A stretch of DNA of 64,000 nt from Felis catus. Lineage: Eukaryota. Each line of letters opens with the position of its first letter. Position 1 is the first letter of the stretch. The notes under the pieces are model-generated. The model was not told where the DNA came from, did not search any database, and saw only the letters and a list, made by a program, of their open reading frames with translations. Below, one piece after another: positions 53,522-64,000 of this stretch. The position numbers were made by a program, and so were the translations under genes. Where the stretch lies: the NCBI RefSeq assembly GCF_018350175.1, contig NC_058368.1:43402001-43466000 (forward strand), in the 5' to 3' direction.

Positions 53522-54779
53522 AGAATTATGTTAAAGTTTCAAATTCTACCAAAGATCTATGGGTGGCTGTAGATCATTCTACACTTAGAATAATAAAAAT
53601 AATTATTTCAGTTGTGCTCTCCTATCTCTTTCAGGCAGTTTCACAATACCTTAAACATATATTGTTTAAGATGCTATTTCAGTTCAATAGTATCTTAATG
53701 GTATTTCACTTTTCCATTTAAACGCTTTCTTCTTAGGAAGAATTCACTATATGATTAAGACTAAAATTATAGAAATCTAAGAAAAAGTGTTTACTAAAGA
53801 GGGATATAGGATTGTGTCTTAAGGGGATATTAGGATTCTAGTTATGTATGTGCATAAAAAGATAATCTTTTGAAATACTGTTCTTAAAAATATTTTGCCA
53901 CACATATTTTAAAAATTCACCTTTTTTTGTATTTCTCAAGTAATACTAGGACTGTGTATGCTTATTTTTTTATATTTTAATATTAATGGCAGAGATGGGA
54001 AAGACATATAAATTCTTAAATCTAAAGTCACATCTCTGCTTTAAAACACATTACTGTTTAAAGACAGTATTTCAGAATGTCAACATGAATGGAAGTGTCA
54101 AAATGATGCTTAATACTAATTTGTTTATATGTGCTTGACTGCACTTAGATGGTAAAAAGGTAGGTATCAAAAATAAAGATTATTTTGAGACACTGAAGTA
54201 GGTTTCTTTTTGTTTTCATTGCCATAAATGCCATTAGTGTTAATTGGAGATTTACATGTGCATTGAGAGAATAATATACCTCATTATTCTTGAGTAACAG
54301 CTACTGACTTTTAAAGGCCATTTAGAATGTATGACAGGAAACAAATAAAAGCATTCCACTTAACTTTTTGAAAGTTATTTTCATATACCAGAAAATGAAA
54401 CAAAAGGCTTCATGAATATTCCACTGCCATAGTTTTAATTTTATAACTTCCACAACAAAACCTTTAGAATTCCCTTTGTAGCTTAACTAGCTGGGGAATA
54501 TGTGAAGTAAGTATGTCTTAAGTCTGCTTTGTGGTAGGTGACCATGGCCTAGAAGAGTATATGCTATTTACTTTGTTGTTGTCGTTTTAGGTATTTAAAC
54601 CATTAGAAATCCACTGATGTCTCTAGTGTTCAAATAATTAGGATTTTGTGATGTGTAAAAGGAGAGAAGGTTATAGCACTCCTGTTGATTGACAAGGATG
54701 AAAGAGGCCCTTGGTCCTGACAACATATATATGGGTAAGGCATTGCTACCTACTTTGTGGCATCTAACCATCATTTTTA

Positions 54780-54916
54780 TAGGCAATGAGGATTTAAGAG
54801 TGTGCTTATGATGAGCATAGGGTTGTGTATAGAAATATTGAATCATTATATTGTACACCTGAAACTAATATTACACTGTATGTTAACTGGAATTTAATTA
54901 AATACTTAAAAATAAA
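54780..54916 (+). mobile_element. Carnivore L1 3' terminal fragment
   Basis: gatgagcatagggttgtgtatag…ttgtacacctgaaactaatattacactgtatgttaact followed by an A-rich tail. Confidence 0.85.
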
Positions 54917-54969
54917 CACATAAGTAAGATTTCTTAAAAGATCATCTTGGCATATTACAATAAAAATAA

Positions 54970-55180
54970 GTAATTATTGAGCACATATATGACAGTCACT
55001 ATTTTTTAAGTGCATTTCAAGTATGAACTTACTAATACTCAGCAACCCTGTGAGGTCAGTATCATTATCCCTATCTTATAGGTGACATAATAGAGGCATC
55101 AAAAGATAAGTTAACTTGCCTAAAGTTAACACACATAGTAAGTGGTAGAGTTAGGATTTGAACCCTGGTCACATGGCTTA
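54970..55180 (-). mobile_element. MIR
   Basis: caaccctgtgaggtcagtatcattatccctatcttataggtga…aacttgcctaaagt…agtaagtggtagagttaggatttgaaccc. Confidence 0.8.
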
Positions 55181-55282
55181 ACAAATGGAGCTTGATGTAG
55201 TTATATTGGCTCAAATGAGTTGGCTTTGTCCTAAAATATGAACACACTAGTTAACAAATTAAAACCTTCTAGTTAATCCAAC

Positions 55283-55490
55283 TTATTTAATTTAATTTAA
55301 TTTAATTTAATTTTATTTTATTTTATTTTATTTTGTTTTGTTTTATTTTTAAGTTTATTAATTTATTTTGAGACAGAGAGGAATAGTGTGCATGCACATG
55401 TTGGGGAAAGGCAGAGAGAGGAGAGAATCCCAAGCAGGCTCTGTGCTGTGCTGTCATTGCAGAGCCTGACGCAAGGCTTGACCTCATGAG
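55283..55490 (-). mobile_element. 5'-truncated Can-SINE
   Basis: (TTTAA)n/(TTTTA)n tail and gagaatcccaagcaggctctg…agagcctgacgcaaggcttga. tRNA-head A-box part is missing. Confidence 0.85.
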
Positions 55491-56030
55491 CTGTGTCCAA
55501 TGCATTTATTTTAGGAGTCATGTTAGATAAACTATTTTTACGCATACTTCATAGGATTATTTCAACAGTCACTCATATAGTTTAGGAAAACATTTCTTCC
55601 AACCTCACACCATAATCTTCCTGAGAAGTTTCTCCAGGGACAATTTCAAAGCTCTTGTAAGAGCTAACATGTACAGAATGCTTTTCTGAGACAGATGCTA
55701 TCATATGCATTTTTTTTTCATATATTAAATCCAGGAACTACCTTTGAGATACAGTTGCTGTCCTTTTATAGATAATGAAAATGAGGCAGAGAAAGGACAA
55801 GTAATGTTCACATGTGAAAAGAATTTGAACAGAGGAAGCCTAATTCCAGAAAGAAGACATGATGTGACTGAAGAAAAGTGGATATTGAGTTCAGTGAGCC
55901 TGGATTTAAATCCCACGTTATAGTGCCATAGAGGGAGATAGGGAGGGAGAGCATCGTCTTGTAGATAAGTTAAACAGAGTCAAGCCAAAGAAAGTTGGTC
56001 TGCTTTTTATTTTTGTCATGCACAGGCCAT

Positions 56031-56232
56031 TTTATTATGTTTTTAATTTTTTTAATGTTTATTCAGTTTTGAGAGAGAGAGTGTATTAGCAGGGGAGGGG
56101 CAGAGAGAGAGGGAGACACAGAATCCGAAGCTGTCAACACAGAGCCCGATGGAAAGCTTGAACTCTTGAACTGTGAGATCATGACCTGAGCTGAAGCTGG
56201 ACGCCCAACCGACTGAGCCACTCCAGCGCCCC
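56031..56232 (-). mobile_element. Can-SINE with a small internal deletion
   Basis: TSD atgcacaggccat at 56018-56030 and 56233-56245. Confidence 0.96.
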
Positions 56233-56894
56233 ATGCACAGGCCATGTAAAAAAAAAAAAAAAAATGCCAGGGATGAAATAATCCTCCCTACTGCCTTCTG
56301 AGGTGGGATGCTCTACCTTCCTTTCATACACTTTTACCAGGACAGACCCTTAATTAATAACATGTTTTGAGCCTTGATTAATGACATGAAAATAAGATTA
56401 GAAACAGGTAGTCCACAGGATTGCTGTAAATGACAAAACAGAAGTGAAATAATTTGTAAACAGAAGGTAGAGTCACTCCAAGATAATAGGAGTCCTTTAA
56501 TTTGAGGCAAAAATTATATCACATTTGGCTTCTAAAAGAGGTTTTAGTACTTGGCCAGCTATGTCCCCTTCACATTAACTCACTGCTCACACTCAGAGAG
56601 CCTGATCATACAAAGCTCTGGTGAAGGTGGGTGGTGTAAACTCTCGTTCTAAATCTGCCATGCATGCAGGCTTTAGAATGTGACCTATAATTTTCAAACC
56701 ACAGAATACTGTTTGTGTGTTTTTTTAATGTTTCTTGACTCAAATTAATTTATAAATAGGAGAAGAAAATATTGGGACCTCAGTACCATCCAGTTGATAT
56801 AGCACATCCTTCAAGCTTATTATCTGTTTGTTTATTAAACAAATAGTATCAAACACCATGTACCAGGCATGCACCAGATTCTGGGAATAATATC

Positions 56895-57397
56895 TACTAT
56901 TTTCTTTCTATGACTGCTGAAACAAATTACAACATGCTTAGTGGTTAAACACAACAAAATATATTATCATATAGCTCTGTAGGTTAGAAGTCTAACATGC
57001 TATCATCAGGCTAAAGCCAAATTGCTAGCTGAGCTGCATTCCTTTCTGAGGCACCAGAGGAGAAACCATTTCCTTGCTTTTTCCAGCTTCTAAAGGCTAC
57101 CTGTATTCCTTGGCTCATGACCACCTTCCATCTTCAAACCAGTAATGCTTGGTCTAGCCTTTCTCACACTGAATCATTTTGACATTGATTCTCCCAACTC
57201 CTTCTTTCACTTCTGAGGATATTTGTGATCACATGACTTCCACTCCTTGATAATCCAGAAGTTTCCCCATTTTAGGGTCAGCTGATTGCAAGCATATTTC
57301 TGTTTGCAATTTTAACTCCCCTTGGCCATGTAACATACTAGTAGGATCCAGGGATTAGAACATGGACATCTTTGTGGACCATTACTCTGCTTCCTGC
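56895..57397 (-). mobile_element. MLT1C/D-like LTR
   Basis: ctgctgaaacaaattacaac…ttccttgctttttccagcttctaaaggctacctgtattccttggctcatg…cagggattagaacatggacatcttt. Confidence 0.8.
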
Positions 57398-60300
57398 ATC
57401 ATCTCTGTTCACACATTACTTTAAGCTTATGGAAGAGAGGTGCTCACTACCTGATTAATAAGCAAATAAATATATATTCTTCAGAAACTGTAATATATGC
57501 TATTAATGTTTTATGGTATTATGAGTGTTTAAATCATGGAGAGGTGATATAGATCATGGAATTTTTCCTTAGTTGGCTACATTTGTCTTGACATTTAGAG
57601 GAAGAGTGTATAGTTCAATTAGTGAAAGAATTAAGGAAGAGATTTCTCATAGAACCACATATAAGGGTTTAGAAGTAAGAGAAAACAAGAGAATTGGAGG
57701 AACGAAGCAAAAACCAGTGTGCCTGTAGCAAAATGAGCCTGGTAATTCAACTTAAAGCCATTACCAACAATCTGTTATATTCTAGTGGTTGAGATGTTAG
57801 GAATAAAACAGGGAAGAAAATTTGGGTTCTTCATTTTCTTCTACCTCCGGGAATGGCTCATGCTCTTTTTAAATTATATATTTGGCTCTGGGTAGTGTAA
57901 AAACACTTGCTCAAATGGGTACAGAGAGTGTACTGTTGTTTTGTTTTCAGCTCCCTGAGATATTTAGAATATTTTTAAGCATATCATGCAAGTAAGATCT
58001 TCAGCAATTCTGTAGAATTTAAGAGTGTTTCAAATCATTTGTCATTTACTATGCTTATATATGCTTAGTGTTTTTCCCTATTATAATTTGAGTTTTTTTA
58101 GATATTAGGATAATAATTCTACCCATATCAGTATTACGGATTTGATCTTTTTTTAACAATTGAAACAAATTTAACCTTTCCTTAAACCAGCATAAGGTGA
58201 ATATTTTCTTATTGTGCTAAAGTTGGCTTATAGGAGGAAAAAAAGTAAAATTATACTTACAGTTAATTTAGTAATCACGTATATTTGCAGTATTAGACAA
58301 TTACAAAAGTCTCTGCCATAACACGGCTAAACGAACTTTGTGGTCTAGTACACCTGTTTCTGAATTTCTCTCATTGGTTGAGTAACCTTATTAAATTAAC
58401 ACAAGTTCTTTTATTTTCAGATTCTGTATCAGAAAAGTGGGATGATAATACTATGGAATGGTGGAATGGGATTATGTATGTGAAGTGATCAATATAATGC
58501 TGAACAGAGAATTCTCAATATTTGGTAGTTGATATGTTTATTATTAAGTAGTTATTATCTGGCCATAACATTCTTGCTAATATATTTCTATTACTCTACT
58601 ATTCGTCTCCTTAATAGTAAATGTTAAGAAAGCTAATGAAGAGAGAGAGAAAAAGTAATGCAAAGTAGCTTTCTAACCTTGGTATTTTTGAAGCTTTGTC
58701 TGTGACATGATATTGACCGCAGGGCACATGTTTGGAGCCTTTCTGGGTTTGATGTTTCCCGACCTTCTCTGACATTCTTCTGACCCTCCCAGCAGTTTTT
58801 CTCCAGCTCTCTTCAACATTTCCTCAGCTTCCTGGCTGTGCTTCAACACTCTTGGAAATTTTCCCAGATGATTCATGAAAAATCATGTAGAGTAAGAACC
58901 TCAGGGTCACAGACTTAGAAGAGGGGGTTCTGAAGGGCAAAATAAGACTATCCAACAAAAGTTGTTCGTGACTTAACAGAGAAGTTTTAACTAAAAGAAA
59001 AATATTATTGTGTTGAGTAGAATAAACATGAGGATTTCATAGAGTCAAATAAATCATCTAAAGACAAGAAAACTGAACTGGGTGGGGGTGATTTCTGTAG
59101 TGGGGTTTCTATTTTAACAGTGATTTTTCAGTTTGCATAGTTCATATAAGGTCTCTCCTATACACATGTATGAAGAGAGACTGATATATCCAAAACAAAC
59201 AGTATCTCTGTAACTCTAATTAGAGGTTCAATAAAATAGCTAGAACAGAAACTAAAGCTCAAAGAAAGATCACGGTTTTAAATCCACACTTTAAGAATAT
59301 ATTTGTCATAGTAAATGTTAATAGAAATAATTTTCAAAATAAATGTTTTAAAACAAAACTTTTCATGGGAAGCAATGTGGCTTGTAAGATAAAAAGAGCT
59401 GTAAAGTTAACTAAAATGGTAACTCATTGTGATTAGACAATAGCTGTAAGTATATAACACTTATATGTCTCAGCTATTTTTGATAGCACCATTTATGTTG
59501 AGCAATATGCCTTTCCTTACCTGGACTGGAAAGCTACCATGATTCTTGTTTGTCAGTATGTGCCAGATGCACTAAAAAAAATCGGAAGTGGAAAATCAGG
59601 GCTGACTGCTGATATCCTCTTGGTTTGAGTCTCAAGGCCCTTGAATCTGAAGGCTACTATGCCAGCATTTACCCAAAGTCATGGGCAACTCTGGAGAAAC
59701 TGACAAGGCCAGTTTCTAAGATCTAGTTTCGGTGGGAGTTCATAAAGTTACAGAGCTCTGATGTGTTGGCACCTACCAGAGAGTTTGCCAGGTACTCCCG
59801 AGTCCTATTTCTGATCAGGCAGAATGACATTCCTATCCTTTTTAGTCCAAAAAGTTTTCTCTTTCTCTTTTTCCTTCCTATTATTTATTCTCTAGAGTTA
59901 GCTTTTATAAAACTTTGAAAACTCCATGGTTCCTTGATATCATGCTAGTTTGATTTTTCAACTTCCAGACAAACATACACTTTAGTGAAAGATTTGGACA
60001 TAACCTAGCTATTGAAAAGCAGTTGGGTATGATAGAAAGTAGATATGTATACATATCTTAACAGTTTTTGTTTTTTTTGAGGTTAAGCATTTGATCTTTA
60101 AGGAATTGTTTTTCTCCCTTTGTCTTGCAAGATATCATCATCCTGACCCTAAGTTCACCCATTTAACAAATACTGTGTTTGCTGAGGTCCTTTTATAAGC
60201 TAGATTCTGTGTTAAGTGAAGTGTATACAATGGTGATTAAAACAACATGATTGCTGTTATCATGAAAATCACAGTACTGGGAAGGATAGACAGCAAATAT

Positions 60301-62099
60301 TCATGTCATTATCATCTATAAGATAAAAGAACAAAAAGATATGCATGAATTCCACATCAAAACAAACACTAATACTCTATATATGCTCTGAAAGCTAGAA
60401 ACCTAGACTGCTAGGAACTCCTATAAAAACCCTGCATCAAATGAACAATTACAATGGATAAGGCAGGAAGGAACAGAGTGATGAATTAGACTTCATTCCT
60501 CATGTCCAGGAACTGATAGTTTCTGGCTAAGAGGATAAAGCTAGCTTTATGGAGAAGATGACATTTAGAATGAAATTTTAGGATAAGGATGATAAAGAAA
60601 TATGGTAAAGGGCACTAACTGCCAGGCAGAAAGAATAACCTCCACATCTGACCCTTATTTTGTGCCCTTTTGATTCCAGAACTAATCTGGTGTGTTTACA
60701 TTTTCCATTATCCCTGGTGCTTGGTGGTAACTGCTCCCTGCCTAGCCTAAAATATGCTTGGGGTGGAAGATAAAAAGAGTAAAAGACCATTACTTCTATC
60801 ATTATTTAGTTGAGTGAGATTTTTTAAAAAATCTCCAAATAAATCCTTAAAAATTTAAGAAAATATTAGAAATAACCCACATTTTAGAAGCTAATGATGT
60901 TAGAAAAAATAATGATAATTATCAAAACTCAATGAAGTTTACTCAGACTAACTGATACTTGGGAAACCCAGCTCCTGTTTTCTTTGCCCTGACTTAAAGC
61001 CTATTTGAGGCACTTTCATTCAGACTTTAATCATTTTTCCGTCTTTCTGTTTTGGTTCTAATTCTTCAAATTAAAGTTGCTACATAGTTAATTTTATTCT
61101 TATTATGAAATATATATGTGTATTATATATGCTTTATTCATATTTGATAAATTTATGTATACATTCTGTCAGAATGTCTGATAAAACTCATAATACATTT
61201 CTTACTAAAATGAAAATGAAAAGTTTGGGGAAGAAAAAGAGATTGACAATTAAATGACTTATTCAGGAAGACTTGAGTTCTGTATCCTTACAGCATAGAG
61301 TGTACCCATCAGAAAGTTTCTGTTACATCTCAGGAATATTCCTATCACAATTGGAAACTTAGCCACTGAAACTTAATTGTTACGATCAAACTGGAAACAC
61401 AGTATTTAAATAAGTTGTCAAAAATTAGGATTTATGCTCTTTAGATGCTCTCTATTTTAATTACCAAAGTCTCCCTACAGAAGACAATGTATTAATAATA
61501 AATAGCTCTTGTATATAAATGTTCATTGATGTGTATGTGTGTATGCCTACCTTGTCCCTTGTATTGAAAGGTATCTTGTCTTAAAACAAAAATGCACATG
61601 CAATACTACTGTAACTAATAAATCATGTATGAAAAATGTGAAAGATGGCATTATATATCAGTCAGTGCTTCTTTGTATAATTAGATATATTTTCTTCAGT
61701 TTCTGCAGACCATCTATGACATTTTTGTTTTAAAAGTTCATTCATAATGTAAATGAATAATGCATTTTCTCATGATGGACACCCTGAACACTAATGTCAT
61801 GTCACTGATGATGGGGCTGTCACAAATGTGAGAAGAGAAATGATAACTAGAGGAGTTATTTTTTACCCCACCAAATGTTAAGAAAAAAAAATTACTATGC
61901 ATTAGCATTGGACAAACACTCTGCCCACTTCTATAGTTTATAGGGATCAACTTTCTAGAAAGCCATGGATGCCTTCCATCTGTTGATTTACTCTAGAAAG
62001 GAAGAAATTTTAGTTTAGAATAGGAGGAAGAATTTATCCCTGGTGAGACACTGGGAGCAAGTAAAGCTCTATAACATGTAACTCACTGGAGAATTTCTT

Positions 62100-62419
62100 T
62101 TCTTTTCTTTTCTTTCCCTTTCTTTTCTTTTCTTTTCTTTTCTTTTCTTTTCTTTTCTTTTCTTTTCTTTTCTTTTCTTTTCTTAAAAATATTTATTTAT
62201 TTACTTACTTACTTACTTATTTATTTAATGTTTTAAGAGAGAAAGAGAGGGAGAGGGTCAGAGAGAGGGAGACAGAGAGAGAGAATCCAAAGTAGGCTTT
62301 GTACTACCAGCTCAGAGCCCTGTGCAGGACTTGAACCCAGGAACCCACGAACCCTAGATAATGACCTGAGGCAAAATCAAGAGGTAGACACTTAACTGAC
62401 TGAGCCACCCATGTGCCAT

Positions 62420-62454
<35 letters not shown>

Positions 62455-62853
62455 TTGTCATTTTTAAATATTTATTTTTGACAGAGATAGAGTGAGCAGA
62501 GGAGGTGTGGAGAGAGAGGGAGACAGACAATCCAAACTGGGCTCCATGCAGACAGCGAAGAGCCTGATGTGGACTAGAACTAATAACAAACCATGAGAAC
62601 ATGACCTTAGCCAAAGTCTCATCTCAACCAACTGAACCACCGAGGTGCCCCTATTTTTTTTTTTTTATTACTTTAGATAGACAGAGAGAGTGAGCAGGGT
62701 AGAGGGATGGGGCGTGGAGAGGGAGGGAGAATCTTAAGTAGGCTCCACACTCAGTGTGGAGACCCATTGCAGGGTTCAATCTCAGGACCCTGATCTGAGA
62801 TCATGACCTGAGCAAGAGTTGGAAGCTTAACTGACTGAACCACCCAGGAGTCC
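62100..62853 (-). mobile_element. Three tandem Can-SINEs (~62100-62417, ~62420-62652, ~62655-62853) with a (CTTTT)n tail
   Basis: Three SINE heads (ctgagccaccc / ctgaaccacc) in the same orientation. Outer flanks tggagaatttctt / tgggaatttctt. Confidence 0.93.
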
Positions 62854-63262
62854 TGGGAATTTCTTAATAGAAGGTGTCATTTTAGGATTAAATAACTATT
62901 TTAATAAGGAAGACACATTTTTAAATTTGAGTTTATTTGACAATTCTGGGCAAGTCAAGTATTTTACATAATATATTTGGAAGAGATAAGAATATATTGA
63001 ATAATGTATATTATTTAACAATTCCTCATTCATATCATCCCATTTTGTTCCTGCAACAATCTTGCTATATAGTATATGCATATGTAGTATTATTAACCTG
63101 GTTATGATAATAAAACAAATCACAGGATAATGAGAAGTAAGTCCCAATTTTTCTAACTTGTAATCTGGTTTTATTATCATGATAGGTAAGACAAAAACTT
63201 TCTTCTGAAATACTTAAATAATGGAAATAAAAGGTAAGCATTTTTTTAAAATGGTTCGGGGA

Positions 63263-63460
63263 GGGGGTGCCTGGGTGGTCCATTAGGTTAAGTGTCCGAC
63301 TTTGGCTCAAGTCATGATCTCATGGTTCAATTTTTGAGTCGGAGCCCTGTACTGGGCTCTCTGGTGTTAATGCAGAGCCTGCTTCAGATCCTGTCTCCTT
63401 ATCTCTCTGCCCCTCCCCCACTCACATGTGCTATGTCTCTTTAAAAATAAACATTAAGAA
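63263..63460 (+). mobile_element. Can-SINE
   Basis: TSD aaaatggttcgggga / aaaattgttcaggga. Confidence 0.94.
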
Positions 63461-64000
63461 AAAATTGTTCAGGGATAAATTATCTAGTTATTAGTATCAT
63501 CTCTTTCCTGTATTTTAAGTTCTTTAAGTGGCAATCTTTAATAGCTATAGAGATCACCTTATAAGTCACAAAATATATACTCAATAAATACCTGTTAAAT
63601 AAATGCACAAGTATTCACAGAATTTGTTTTAGTTTAATTGTTTTACTACTATCTTATCAGCTTGTTTTACCCTATCAGAAAATAGGGTTCCCTCTAAACT
63701 TTCTAGTTTCAGAGTGTATAAATATGCATCTATTTAATCTAGGCTATCAAACATCTTTCATCTGGCTAACTTCCAGAGAAAAGCCTTAATCTCTCACAAA
63801 GTAACCAAAGCAAATTCCTAGGGGTGGGTAGAACAAAGTCTGGTGTCTTATATTAAAATATAGTGAAGTATGATACATGAAATTTTAATGGCTAAGTTTC
63901 TAACAAGTATAGGAGTGTCTTAAATGTAATAAAATCCTGAAATGTACATTCAGTGCCATAAGAATATATAACACAAATCTTGAAGAAATCATTTAACAAT

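Noticed and set aside
435..63310. Short ORFs of the six-frame track as host genes
   Set aside because: Most overlap microsatellites, SINEs (recurrent AQSV…SAQVMIS…SSSP peptides) or antisense L1, and many start at non-ATG codons. None resembles a host protein I recognise.
423..63460. SINE strand bias (about 16 minus vs 7 plus) as a sign of a host transcript
   Set aside because: The sample is small and nested copies are not independent, so the evidence is insufficient.

Overview
AT-rich, repeat-dense mammalian DNA from a carnivoran, almost certainly a cat-family (Felidae) genome, judged from about 23 tRNA-derived Can-SINEs (SINEC_Fc-like) and carnivore-type L1s. I find no supportable host protein-coding gene. 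The ORF track is explained by microsatellites, SINEs and decayed L1 ORF1/ORF2. Main contents: a full-length, CpG-decayed 7SK snRNA retropseudogene (3054-3398); a ~10 kb block of two tandem L1s that keep their 5' UTRs but lack 3' ends (26715-36436); a young 5'-inverted (twin-primed) L1 with a clean TSD (25021-25460); several nested or same-site SINE insertions; MaLR LTR elements; Tigger2a, MER5 and MER91 DNA transposon fossils; MIR and L2 relics. A few minus-strand exon-like segments could belong to an unannotated spliced RNA but are weakly supported. I see no convincing novel biological system. Family names come from recalled consensus similarity, not a database search, and boundaries of old repeats are approximate.
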